The translations under genes and the position numbers were made by a program. Below are positions 1 to 12,146 of a stretch of DNA of 39,698 nt, one piece after another (position 1 is the stretch's first letter; every line of letters begins with the position of its first letter). This DNA is from Mustelus asterias (Eukaryota). The notes beneath the pieces are model-generated. The model worked only from the letters and a program-made list of their open reading frames with translations, was not told the DNA's origin and did no database searches. The stretch covers positions 25,196,303 to 25,236,000 of the forward strand of contig NC_135816.1 of the NCBI RefSeq assembly GCF_964213995.1, in the 5' to 3' direction.

Positions 1-455
1 AACTCTCTCGAGTTGAATTAGTACTGGAATTGTGTCTGTGACCCGTTCCTTATCTTTGTTACTTTTAGATTCTGTTTCACCGTTCATAGTTCTGCCATGT
101 GTTCTTTATTTTGAGTGACAACTACTCAAAAGCAATGTATTTTGAATTGCTCTGAATAATAAACACACATTCATATATTTAAGTAGATTGCAAATTACCT
201 GATCTCGCTCTTAATAGTTCTCTGACAAACACAGCTGTCTTTCAGGCAGGAAAACCACCTGCCTCAGGTGCACATTTAGGCAACTTTTGATTTTAACCTT
301 TCTCCTCCATTTTAAACTCTCGTCTTCTTAATATTCCAAACGTGTATTTCCTCAATATAAAACACCCCCTCCTCTCACACCAGGACACCTGTCGTTTGTT
401 CTCAAAGTTGCTATTTCCGTTGCAGATTATTTTACTCTAACCTGCTCCTCCTTTT

Positions 456-585
456 CAATTCTGATGAAGGGTCCATGACTCAAAATATTAATTGTGTTTC
501 TCCCTGATGGTTTCTGGCAGACCTGTTGAGGTTTTCCAGCTTCCTCAGTTTTTTCCAGATTCCAGCATCTGCAGTACTTTGCTTA
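456..585 (+). mobile_element. Decayed Penelope-like terminal repeat with inactivated hammerhead motif
   Basis: caatt-CTGATGA-a-gggtc/cat/gactc-AAAA-tatt-aattg (GAAA changed to AAAA), followed by ...ccagattccagcatctgcagtactttgctt, homologous to the elements at 23737 and 37231. Confidence 0.65.
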
Positions 586-1897
586 TCGTAATTTGGGTGC
601 ACATTTGTGCTAGCCATACTCAGTCAGTGAAAATCATCTCTAATCTTTCCCTCTATATTAAACTCTAACTGGCACCGACATTATTATGCACTGGCAAATA
701 TCTACCATTTTGACTGATGAAGCTGCTTTATTATTTCCTAAAAATGTGATGATAATTGATTCTGAATTAATGATGAATTGTTCCGATAGATATCTGCCCA
801 CTAACATTTTAATGGCTAACTTAATGGCTCATTTAATGTATCATACAGGCAACATTGTTAGACAAATGCGCACTTGGCCAAAACATAAAATTGCTGTGGA
901 TTAAACTTCTTTCTGAATATACAATTCCATTGGACCAATTTTTCCCACTGGTTTATCTTCAGAGTTACTTACACCTATACAATAGAACATGTGCATACTA
1001 GAGAAAAATACCTCAGTGCTGCAGGTTGGGACACTATTTGCTGTCAATGTCAGAATTTAAAAATCTATCCAAGTATGTGCCAGTCTAACTGTAGCATGAT
1101 GTCCAAGTGGCCATTACTTGTTTATATGTGAGATTTAATTACAAATGCTGATTTTTGACTTGGGATGAGGTGGTTGCGATGGTATCAAAATTGATATCAA
1201 GTCTACTCTCTCCTTTTTGGGGTTGTTGGGCAGAAAAATCAAGAGTGAAAACCTGGATTGGTGCTTTTTTCCATTCCACTAGCTACAACAGGGATGTCAA
1301 GAAGAATTGTAACATCTCACTGACACCAGGATTGAAATTGGCAAACAGAATGGACACTCTGGCTGAAAGTGTTGTGCGTGATTTATATAGTTCAATAAAG
1401 CCACTTCAGATAATATATATCAGAAATAGAGTAAATATTTCTCTACACACTGAATGCAGAGAATCCCCTCGCAAGCCAATGTTATTTAATTTTGTCCAGC
1501 AGCCAACCTGTCAGACTTCCTTGGTGAAATAAGCAATTAAAACGGAGCACAATTTGTTACTTTACTACCTGCACAGGGCCAAATTAAGATTGTGCAGTCT
1601 CCTTTCTAATAGCAGCCTTCTGCACAGTAAACAGAGCTAGATTCAAACCTGTGTCCATACTGTTAAGGAACAGTGTGCTGAAACTGCTGCATAGCAACAT
1701 GCCTTTCACTTCCCATTGTATTGAATTCCAATGCACCAAACTCATTCCTATTCACTTTGCTTGTATAGGATTGCTGATTCAATTGATAATTGTGCAAAAT
1801 CAGCGAAAGTGTTGGCTTTTACTTTTGTGTGCTGAATAAATCAGTTAAGGTAGAACTGTTTGGAAACTGACCCTTTTATGTTTTGTTGTAGAATGTT

Positions 1898-2650
1898 TAA
1901 GAAGCTAAGAAATAGAAGCAAACCATACAGCCCTTGGGGCCATTTAATAAGATCATGGATGATCTTTGAGCTAAACTTCACATTTCCACCCAATTCCCAT
2001 ATCCCGTGATTCCCTTGGAGTCTACAAATCTATCATTCTGAGCCTTGTACATACTTGATGAATGAGCATTCACAGCCTTCTGGCATCAGTTTCCAAAGAT
2101 TTACAACCCTTTTGAGTGAAGAAGTTATTCCATATCTCAGTCCTATACTGAGCTGATCCTAAGATTATGCTACCCTCGTTCTAGATGCTCCAGCCAGGAT
2201 AGATAGCCTCTCAGCAGCTAGCCTGTCAAGCCTTCTCAGAATATTATGAGGTCATTTTCCATTTTCTAAACTCCTCCAGAAAACATGTTCTATTCAATCT
2301 CTCTTCCTCGGACAATTCTCTCATTCCAGGGATTAAGCCACTGTACCTTGGTTGCACCCCGCTCCAGGTAATTAATTATATCCTCCCTTGGGTTTGGAGA
2401 CCAAAAGTACACACAATACACTTGTGGTCTCTCCAAAGCCCAGTAAAATCGCAGCAAGACTTCTTTGCTCTTTACTTCAGCCCTCTTTTACCAAAGGGGT
2501 CAATACAAATCCCTCCGAATGCCAACATTTGGTAATTATATCACTGTTATTTTTTTTAAAAAAGCTTTTTTATTCTTCTTGCTTAAGTCAATAACCTCAC
2601 ATTTTCCACATTATACTTCACCTGTCACCTTCTTAATCACTTTACCCATC
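1898..2650 (-). mobile_element. Old CR1 LINE 3' fragment
   Basis: Degenerate similarity to the CR1 3' ends at 22551 and 31690 (aagaaatagaagca tail; gagtgaagaa...ctcagtccta; gaccaaaagtacacacaatac). Confidence 0.7.
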
Positions 2651-2940
2651 AAAAAGCATTTTTGAGGGAGGGGCAACAACTTGATTGTGATGTCATCTCA
2701 CTAAAAGGGGTTTTCACTTGCATTGTTTTCCCGCACAAATGTGCTTGATTTGTTTCCTGGGAAGTTTTCTCTTAATTCTCCCACTGGATCTGTCCTATCC
2801 TTTCAATTAGCAATTCCGCATCAATTTAAAGTGAGAATGGGTTGAAAACGTGGTCTTAATGTAGCCACTTGTAACTCACAAGGAGCTATTTGGCACTAGC
2901 CAATTCTTTCTCAAAACTTGTTCAATTCCCAGGAATCTAG

Positions 2941-3094
2941 ATGTCCACCAGGGATAAAGAAGAGCAGGAGGATGAGCTACTGGCCCTTGCTAGTATTTAC
3001 GAGGAGGATGAATTTAAACGTGCAGAATCTGCTTCGGGTGGAGAAATAAGCATTTGTTTGGAGTTGCCACCAAACTTCAAAGTAGTTGTTTATG
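2941..3094 (+). CDS. rnf14: RNF14 coding exon 1 (start codon, RWD domain N-terminus)
   Basis: Translates MSTRDKEEQEDELLALASIYEEDEFKRAESASGGEISICLELPPNFKVVVY-G, matching the RNF14 N-terminal QEDELLALASIY motif. Acceptor ttcccag ends at 2932; donor g|gtaagt at 3095; phase 1. Absent from the ORF track. Confidence 0.96.
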
Positions 3095-3217
3095 GTAAGT
3101 TGAAATAATGTTTTAAAAGTCTCTAATCTGTAATTCTAAGGTCTGAAGTACATAATGGATTAACAAAATTACAACTGAAGTTCATCCTGAAAATGACAAT
3201 TACTTTCCTTAATTCAG

Positions 3218-3366
3218 GTGATGAAAAGCAGAATAAAAAGGACCTGATTGAATACGTAGTTTCTTTCCTGCCTCCTCTTGTGTTGAACTTTGAACTTCCA
3301 CCAGATTACCCATCGTGCTCAGCTCCTAAATATACCCTGAGCTGCAAGTGGCTTTTCCGAGCTCAG
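3218..3366 (+). CDS. rnf14: RNF14 coding exon 2 (RWD domain)
   Basis: Acceptor ttcag| after a 123-nt intron. Encodes FLPPLVLNFELPPDYPSCSAPKYTLSCKWL (RWD YP motif). Donor cag|gtttgt; phases 1/0. Confidence 0.96.
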
Positions 3367-3641
3367 GTTTGTGGCTCATTCTGTTTCTAATAAAATAGAA
3401 CATTTCAGGAAAGAGCAAGGGTTTTTGGAAGGTACAGTTAAAACAACAATTCGGAAGACAACACAGAGTATATTGCAACACTTGTGTGGGGGTAATAAAA
3501 ATGGAAGCAAAGTTATATTTTCACTAATGTTGGTTTGTCATTTTATTTACAAATATCTTTGATTTTCTGGAACTACTGGAAGTGTATGTGATAATTCGCC
3601 AAATATAATTCATTTATAAGCAATCAAACTATGACTTAGTT

Positions 3642-6600
3642 AAACATGAACAAAGAAAATTACAGCACAGGAACAGGCCCTTAGGCCCTCCAAGCCTGCA
3701 CCGACCATGCAGCCCGACTTGACTAAAACCCCCTACCCTTCCGGGGACCATACCCCTCCATTCCCATCTTATTCATCTATTTGTCAAGAAGCCCCTTAAA
3801 AGTCACTATCGTATCTGCTTCCACTACCTCCCCCGGCAGTAAGTTCCAGGCACCCACCACCCTCTGTGTAAAAAAAAAAAAACCTGTCTCGTACATCTCC
3901 TTTAAACCTTGCTCCTCGCACCTTAAACCTATGCCCCCTAGTAATTGACTCTTCCACGCTGGGAAAAAGCTTCTGACTATCTGGTGGCATGGTGGCACAG
4001 TGGTTAGCAATGCTGCCTCACAGCGCCAGGGTCCCGGGTTCAGTTCTGGCCTCAGGTCACTGTCTGTGTGGAGTTTGTACATTCTCCCCATGTCTGCGTG
4101 GGTTTCCTCCAGGTGCTCCAGTTTCCTCACACACTCCAAAGATGTGCGGATTAGGTTGATTGGCCATTCTAAATTGACCCTAGTGTCAGGGGATTAGCAG
4201 GGTAAATATGTGGGATTATGGGTATAGGGTCTGGGTGGGATTGTGATGGTGCAGACTCGATGAGCCGAATGAGCTCCTTCTGCACTGTAGAGATTCTATG
4301 ATATCCACTCTGTCCATGCCTCTCAGAATCTTGTAGATTTCTATCAGGTCGCCCCTCAACCTCTGTCCTTCCAGTGAGAACAAACCAAGTTTTTCCAACC
4401 TCTCCTCATAGCTAATGCCCTCCATACCAGGCAACGTCCTGGTAAATCTTTTCTGTACCCTTTCCAAAACCTCCACATCTTTCTGGTAGTGTAGCGACCA
4501 GAATTGAACACTATATTCCAAGTGTGGCCTAACTAAGGTTCTATAAAACTGCAACATGACTTGCCAATTTTTAAACTCAGTGCCCCGGCCGATGAAGGCA
4601 AGCATGCCATATGCCTTCTTGACTACCTTCTCCACTTTCAGTGACCTATGTACCTGTGCACCCAGATCCCTCTGCCTATCAATACTCTTAAGGGTCCTGC
4701 CATTAACTGCATATTTCCTATCTGTATTAGACCTTCCAAAATGCATTACCTCACATTTGTCCGGATTAAACTCCATCTGCCATCTCTCCGCCCAGGTCTC
4801 CAACCGATCTGTATCCCCTAATGGTCCTTATCACTACCCGCAAATCCACCAACCTTTGTCGTCCGCAAACTTACTAATCAAACCAATTACATTTTCCTCC
4901 AAATCATTTTATATATATATATATATTACAAACAGCAAAGGTCCCAGCACTGATCCCTGAAGAATGCCACGTGTCACAGCACTCCATTCAGAAACGCACC
5001 CTTCCGTTGCTAACTTGTCTTCTATGACTGAGCCAGTTTTGTATCCACCTTACCAGCTCACCTCTGATCCCTTACGACTTCACCTTCTGCACCAGTCTGC
5101 CATGAGGGACCTTGTCAAAGGCCTTATTAAAGTCCATGTAGACAACATCCACTGCCTTACCCTCATCAATCATCTACATCACTTCCTCGAAAAACTCGAT
5201 CAAGTTAGTGAGACACGACCTCCCCTTCACAAAACCATGTTGCCTCTCGGTAATACGTCCACTTATTTCCAAGTGGGAGTAAATCCTGTCTCGAAGAATC
5301 CTCTCCAATAATTTCCCTACCACTGATGTAAGGCTCACCAGCCTGTAATTACCTGGATTATTCTTGCTACCCTTCTTAAACAAAGGAACAACATTGGCTA
5401 TTCTCCAATCCCCTGGGATCACCCCTGTAGCCAGTGAGGATACAAAGATTTCTCTCAAGGCTCCAGCGGTTTTCCCCCTTGCTTCTCTCAGTATTCTGGG
5501 ATATATCCCACCAGGCCTTGGGGACTTATCTACCTTAATGTTTCTCAACCCCAATATCTCCTCCTTTTTGATCTCAACATGACACAAACTATCTACACAC
5601 CCTTTCCCAGACTCATCATTCACCAAGTCCTTCTCTTCAGTGAATACAGACGCCAAGTACTCATTTAATACCTCGCCCATTTCCTCTGGCTCCATACGTA
5701 GATCCCCTCCCCTGTCCTTGAGTGGGCCAATCCTTTCTGTGGCTACCCTCTTGCTCTTTATATATGTATAAAAAGCCTTGGGATTTTCCTTAATCCTGCT
5801 GGTCAATGCTTTTTCGTGACCCCTTTTAGCCCTCCTTATTCCTTGCTTAAGTTTCTTTCTACTTTCCTTGTATTCCACACTTGCTTCATGTGTTCCCAGC
5901 CTCCTAGTCTTGACTAGGCTCACAATATCTCTCGTTATCCAAGGTTCCCAAAACTTGCCATACTTATCCTTCATCCTTACAGGAATGTGCTGATCCTGAA
6001 TCCCTATCAACTTACACTTGAAAGCCTCCCACATGCCAGATGTTGATTTGCCCTCAAACATCTGCCCCCAATCTACATTCTTCAAGCTCCTGCCTAATAT
6101 TGTTGTAATTAGCCTTCGTCCACTTTAGCACCTTAACTTGAGGACTACACTTATCTTTATCCATCAGTACCTTAAAGCTTACTGAATTGTGGTCACTGTT
6201 CCCGAACTGCTCCCCTACTGAAACATCGACCACCTGGCCGGGCTCATTCCCCAGTACCAGGTCCAGTATGGCCCCTTCCCTAGTTGGACTATCTACATAC
6301 TGTTTCAAGAAGCCCTCCTTACAAACTCTGCCCCATCCACGCCCCTAGCACCAAGTGAGTCCCAGTCAATATCGGGGAAGTTAAAATCTCCCACCACAAC
6401 AACCCTGTTACTTTTACACCTTGCCAAAATCTGCCTACATATCTGTTCCTCTACCTCCTGCTGGCAGTTGGGTGGCCTATAGTAAACCTCCAACATTGTG
6501 ATTACATCGTTCCTATTCCTGAGCTCTACCCATATTGTCTCGTTGTATGAGCCCTCCGAGGTGTCATTCCGCAGTACAGCTGTGATATTCTCCTTAACCA

Positions 6601-7710
6601 GTAGTGCAACTCCCCCACCCCTTTTACATCCCCCTCTATCCCGCCAGAAACATCTGTATCCTGGAATGTTAAGCTGCCAATCCTGTCCTTCCCTTAACCA
6701 AGTCTCTGTAATTGCAACAACATCATCGTTCCTAGTACTCATCCAAGTTCTAAGTTCATCTGCCTTACCTGTTACACTACTCGCATTGAAACAAATGCAC
6801 TTCAATCCACCAGATCCTCTTTGATTAGCAACCACACCCTGCCTGCTCTTTCTCTGAATCTTACTGGCCCTACTCACTGGCTCCCTTCAGCTAATTCACC
6901 TTTGCTTTGGTCCCCACCCTCCTGCCAAACTAGTTTAAATCCTCCTGTGTGACACAAGCAAACCTCCTGGCCAGAATATTTATGCCCTTCCAGTTTAGAT
7001 GCAACCCCTCCTTGTCCCGGTCCCGTCTGCCCCGGAAGAAATCCCAATGGTCCAGATATCTGAAACCCTCCCTCCTACACCAGCTGTTGAGCTGCACTAT
7101 CTTCCTATTCCTAGTCTCACTAGCACGTGGCGTAATCCTGAGATTGCAACCCTAGAGTTCCTGCCTTTTAACTTTCTACCTAACTACCTAAACTGCTGCT
7201 GCAGGACCTCATCACTCTTCCTACCTATGTCGTTAGTACCAATATGTACCACAACCTCTGGCTGTTCACCCTCTCCCTTCAGAATGCTTTCTGCCCATTC
7301 AGAGACATCTTGGACCCTGGCATCAGGGAGGCAACATGCTATCCTAGAGTCTCTTTCACGTCCACAGAAGCACTTATCTGCACCCCTAACTTTAGAGCCC
7401 CTATAACTATTGCTCTGGTGCTCTTTGTCCTTCTCTGCTTAACAACAGAGTCAGCCGTATTGCCACTGCTTTAACTGCTGCTGCTGTTAACCCCTGATGG
7501 GCCATCCCCCCCCAACAGTATCTAAAACAGGATTCCTGCACTGACTGCATGCCCCTTCTAGCAGCCACCCGTTTATCTGCCTGCACCTTGGGTGTGACCA
7601 TGTCTCTAAAGCTCCTGTCTATGACGCTTTCTGCCACCTTCATGCTCCTAAGTGCATTCAAATGCTGCTCCAACCTATCCATGTGGTCTGTAAGGAGCTG
7701 CAATTGGATG
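3642..7710 (-). mobile_element. Near full-length disrupted CR1 (HER1-like) LINE in rnf14 coding intron 2
   Basis: ORF1 remnant with a coiled coil and SGNH-esterase motif (VVHIGTNDIG) at about 6950-7703. ORF2 APE endonuclease (AITETWL, YYRPP, VVGDFN, SDHN) at 6054-6877. RT (NYRLVSLTS, QHGF, KAFDKV, KFADD) and C-terminus (LVRPHLEYSVQFWS). Frameshifts and stops present; interrupted by a SINE. Confidence 0.95.
3983..4301 (+). mobile_element. HE1-like V-SINE, tail type 1 (CR1-type tail), inserted in CR1
   Basis: tRNA-like A box TGGCACAGTGG and B box GGTTCAGTTC; V-domain gtgtctgcgtgggtttcctcc; attctatga tail. Host LINE resumes at tatccactc. Confidence 0.92.
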
Positions 7711-8085
7711 GCAAATGCTTTTGTTTGGGAAGACTCTACTGACAGTCAGTGTTTCTTTTAATAAATTATTGCTGACCTTATGATCTCTATGCTGTTTTGA
7801 TATGAACTATTCCACTGCATGAGAATAGGAAATGAACAGATGATCTATACTGTCTGCTGGAGAATTAATTAATTGAAACATTCCATTCATAACTGGGTAA
7901 GAGAGGTGTGTAAAAGCAGAAAAAGGTTTCTTCCAAAGAGATTTCTTAAATTTAATGTTTAATAGAAGAGTTCTATTCGTGTCTTGAGGTTCTGCTTTTT
8001 GATTGGCAGAAAAGAGAGAGCCTTCCGCTCTCCTCCCAATTCCCTCAGCTTGTTGACTTGGTTCATAACCAAGTCATCAAGCTTT

Positions 8086-8424
8086 GGGGAAGGCACGGTG
8101 GCACAGTGGTTAGCACTGCTGCCTCACAGCTCCAGGGACCCGGGTTCAATTCCGGCCTCGGGTCACTGTCTGTGTGGAGTTTGCACATTCTCCCCGTGTC
8201 TGCATGGGTTTTCTCCGGGTGCTCCAGTTTTCTCCCACAGTCCAAAGATGTGCAGGTTAGGTTGATTGACAATGCTAAATTGACCCTAGTGTCAGGGGGA
8301 TTAGCAGGGTCAATATGTGGGTTGCGGGAATAGAGCCTGGGTGGGATTGTGGTCGGTGCAGGCTCAATGGGCTGAATGGCCTCCATCTGCACTGCACTGT
8401 AGGCATTCGATGATTCTATGATTC
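8086..8424 (+). mobile_element. HE1-like V-SINE, tail type 1
   Basis: A and B boxes, V-domain and (gattctat)n tail. Confidence 0.92.
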
Positions 8425-8924
8425 ATAAGTTCCTATATATATGCCTACATGCATTCTATGTTTGTATAGAAACATTTACTTATGCCTTGTTCTACTGCTG
8501 GTGTTAATTCTATGCCCTGCATTTTTGAAGCAGTAATGACGACAAAACCTTATTCATCATCATTATTATGTAGAAACTGACGGCATCCTTTGAAGTCAGC
8601 ACATACGCATAATAACATGGAAATCAAGGTGTCCCTATCGATGATTCTATGCTTCTCCAGAGAGCACGCTTTTGAGGAACCCCACTCCCCACAAGTTTGT
8701 AATCATTGGGAAATCTGAATTGTTGAGAGCTTCCACTCATGCTGTCAGTGTTATTGGATGTTAAACTTTGTTGGAGGAAGTGCAGCCGTGTTTGTAAAGA
8801 CGTACTAACTTCATGATTACTAATAAACGCCTTCACTGACCCTGAAAAGCTAATTTTACATTTGTCGAATGTTAAATTTCTCCATAATGATGATTTTAAA
8901 AATCCACATTAAAAAATAAAATTT

Positions 8925-9260
8925 TTTGAGAGGGTGGACCCTGAGAAAATGATTCACCTCCTGATTGGGAAAGCTAGAACATGCTTACAGTCTCCGAACA
9001 AGGGGTCGCCCATTTAGGACTGACTTGAGGAGAAAGTTCTCCAACGGGTTGTGAATCTTTGCACATCTTTACCCTCAGACAGCTGTGGTTTCTCAGTCAT
9101 TGAATATATTCAAAGCAGAAGTCAATAGATTTTTGGGTACTAAGAGACGTGTGAATAGTTTGGTAAGCTGGAGTTGAGGTAGATGATCAGCCGTGATCTT
9201 GTTGAATGACTGGGCAGGCTTGAAGGGGCAAATAGGTAATCCATTTCTTGTGTTCTTATC
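8925..9260 (+). mobile_element. Old CR1 LINE 3' fragment
   Basis: tttaggactgacttgaggagaaa...gttgtgaatcttt...gatcagccgtgatctt...tcttgtgttcttat resembles the CR1 3' end at 25600-25890. Confidence 0.75.
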
Positions 9261-9586
9261 TTTATTTTAGCTTCAAAATCTAATAATTTATTCATCTGAA
9301 AATGTAAATTAAATGTGATGGATTCAAATGCTTCTAACTGCCTGGTTTGGATACTTTAATGTGATTAGCTGCCAACCTGCTTGAAGATATCTCAAAAGAG
9401 TCCCTTGACTTGGTGCCAGATTTAAACTGCCATCAGAAAAGGGGATTGAACCTGCCGTCAGGATCTTTATTAACAGCTATCTTTGAGGTCAGTGCTGAGC
9501 ACTTTGCTTCACTGCTGATCTCAAAATTCGGGCGGTTGTTTTGTCCCCCATGTTGCTTGATAATCTGCTTATTTGTCTCCCAACAG

Positions 9587-10102
9587 CTCTCTGCACTTTG
9601 TGCTCAACTGGATAGAATTTGGAAGGAAAATGACAATTGTGTAGTGCTATTTTCATGGATGCAATTCTTAAAAGAAGAGACACTCTCCTTTTTACTGATC
9701 AAGTCTCCATTAGAAATCCGAGGAAACATTGAGAAATCTGAGGGCACTTTCTCTAATAATAAGGATAAAGAATTTGGATCACAGAACAAACCAAAGAACT
9801 TGAAAGAATTTCCTCTTGACCCAAGAGCTATCCAGGATGTGGAGTCATGGGCTTGTGTTTTGCGTGAAATTTTGGACTTTGATCAGAATCAGCAACAGAA
9901 AGTCTTTAATAGCAAGATGTTCACCTGTAATGTATGCTTTTACGAAAAGCTGGGCATTGACTGCATGCACTTCAAGGAGTGTAAACATGTGTACTGTAAG
10001 GCTTGTTTGAAAGAATATTTTGAGATACAGATCCGCGATGGGAATGTTCAGTGCCTTAACTGCCCTGAGCCAAAGTGTACTTCTATTGCCACACCAGCTC
10101 AA
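9587..10102 (+). CDS. rnf14: RNF14 coding exon 3 (RWD end, linker, RING1)
   Basis: Acceptor caacag|. Encodes LSALCAQLDRIW...VVLFSWMQFLKEETL and RING1 CNVC...CKHVYCKAC...CPEPKC. Donor caa|gtaaga; 516 nt, phases 0/0. Confidence 0.97.
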
Positions 10103-10371
10103 GTAAGATCTTTTGAATTTCAAGCTTTGTAATTAACTGTTCATTAGCTAGTTGATTTATTCAGTGTGACTCTATTACACAGCAAAAGCATTGGTCTGGT
10201 TGCTAGCATCATAACTCAAATGGGTTGTGCGCACATATTTATAGCTGACACACTGCAGGCTTTACACTGCATCCGTAACATCTCAGCTATCACAAACAGA
10301 TTTCTAAAGTGTATGTTAAACTTGCACTTAACTGACTTGAAATTCTGTCTTCAGAAATTAGTTATCAATAA

Positions 10372-10659
10372 TAAAGTAAAGTTTATTTATTAGTCACAAG
10401 TATGGCTTACATTAACACTGCAATGAAGTTACTGTGAAATTCCCCTAGTCGCCACACTCCGGGCACCTGTTTGGGTCAGTGCACCTAACCAGCATATCTT
10501 TCAGACTGTGGGAGGAAACCAGAGCACCCGGAGGAAACCCACGCAGAAATGGGAAGAACGTGCAAACTTCACACAGACAGTGAACCAAACCGAGAATCGA
10601 ACCTGGGTCCCTGGTGCTGTGAGGCAGCAGCGCTAACCACTGTGCCACCGTGCCGCCCC
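10372..10659 (-). mobile_element. V-SINE, tail type 2
   Basis: Reverse complement of the tRNA head and V-domain, with tail ...ttcacagtaacttcattgcagtgttaatgtaagcc...tgtgactaataaataaacttt. Confidence 0.92.
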
Positions 10660-11429
10660 AGCTAATCAGCTAAAATAACTAAACAGTTCAGCTGAAGTGA
10701 GAAATATGAGTTGGTAAATATCCAACAGAAACCTACAAAGGGCTTATGAAAGTGAACAGTCCTCAGTTTACTGAGATATGAGAGAAATGATTTGCCATCT
10801 AGGAATTTGAAACATAGGGCAGTGATATGACCCATTGTACTAGAATAATATCGGAAAGGCATTGGATGGATGGAACGGGGAGTTTCCTACGATCTTCATT
10901 TCCCAGACTGAAATCAAAGTTCTTTCCTTGCTAGATTAAAAACATTGTGATCTCGGAAGAAGTTCTGTGAGTGTGCATACACCTGACTTAATCCAGACTC
11001 CATTTTTTCCTTCTAGTTTGCTTAATTACTTATATCTGCCACTTCTCATTCATCACGCTTTTCTCTCAACTCTCTCCAAGTCTTTCCTCACTTTTCTACT
11101 GTATTAGTTCAAATTAAAATTCAATTATTTATCTCCCTTTTTATTATCTTCATTACTTTTCCCAAGTACTGGCTGAAAAAAACTACAGAAAGAAAAATAT
11201 TTGATTCCACCCACATGGAATCATTGCTACTTTGCCAGAAATTCTATATTCGGGCTGATTGTTCTGTTAGTATTGGGACATTAGTGATTTGATTGCTAAT
11301 GCATGTATTTTGAAGTACTGGTTACTTCATTCCAAAGTTTATCTAAGCAGAGTTTTTAGAAAGTTCGAAAAAGGAATCTTATCAGCTAAGAAGCAGTTTG
11401 ATCTTAATGTCCATTTTAGAAGGTCCTCT

Positions 11430-11735
11430 AGAACCATAGAATCTCTACATTGTAGTAAGAGTCTGCGCCGATCTCTGAAAGATATCCCCGTAACCCTGTG
11501 TATTTATATGGCCAATCCACCTGCACATCTTTGGACTGTGGGAGGAAACTGGAGCACTCGGAGGAAACCCACGCAGACATGGGGAGAATGCACACAGGCA
11601 GTCACCCTAGGCTGGAAACTGCACACACAGGCAGTCACCCCAAAGCCTGAAACTGCATGCAGACAGTCACCCAGGCCGGAATTGAACGCAGGTCCCTGGT
11701 GGTGTGAGGCAGCAGTGCTAACCACTGTGCTGCCC
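11430..11735 (-). mobile_element. V-SINE, type 1-like tail, with internal triplication
   Basis: Head, V-domain and shortened tail; about 32-bp unit (tgcacacaggcagtcaccc...) repeated three times at about 11589-11681. Confidence 0.88.
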
Positions 11736-11837
11736 ATGTTTAGATGTTTAAAAATAATACTGAATTAAACTTGTCTTTAGATAAATTTCAATTTCTGGAG
11801 TCTGATTTTAACGTTTTGAAGCATTGTATTTTTATAG

Positions 11838-12066
11838 GTCAAAGAACTGGTCAAGGAGGAGACATTTGCACGATACGATCGCCTTCTCCTTCAGTCTACA
11901 TTGGACCTAATGACAGATGTAGTTTATTGTCCTCGTACTGTTTGCAAATCGGTGGTGATGCTTGAGCCTGGAAACACCATGGGCTTCTGTCCAGGATGTC
12001 GTTATGCTTTTTGTGCATTATGTGAAATGGCTTATCATGGAATTTCCCCATGTAGATTAAAAGCAG
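11838..12066 (+). CDS. rnf14: RNF14 coding exon 4 (IBR domain)
   Basis: Acceptor tttatag|. Encodes VKELVKEETFARYDRLLLQSTLDLMTDVVYCPRTVC...CPGCRYAFCALCEMAYHGISPC. Donor g|gtaagg; 229 nt, phases 0/1. Confidence 0.97.
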
Positions 12067-12146
12067 GTAAGGGCCATGTTTTCCCTTAAACAAACATGCT
12101 CAGAATAGTTGTATTGCACTTTTGCTAGTCTATGTCTTTTTGGATT

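Noticed and set aside
1-2932. rnf14 promoter or non-coding first exon
   Set aside because: No CpG island or convincing exon; probably upstream of the window.
3983-4060. tRNA-like sequences at SINE heads
   Set aside because: They have A and B boxes but continue into SINE bodies; not tRNA genes.
3777-4197. Recurrent SINE-derived ORFs (MAQWLALLPHS..., LSVWSLHILP...) here and elsewhere
   Set aside because: Translations of V-SINE sequence, not genes.
9410-9586. N-terminal part of the 240-aa ORF
   Set aside because: Intronic read-through; RNF14 similarity begins at the acceptor at 9587.
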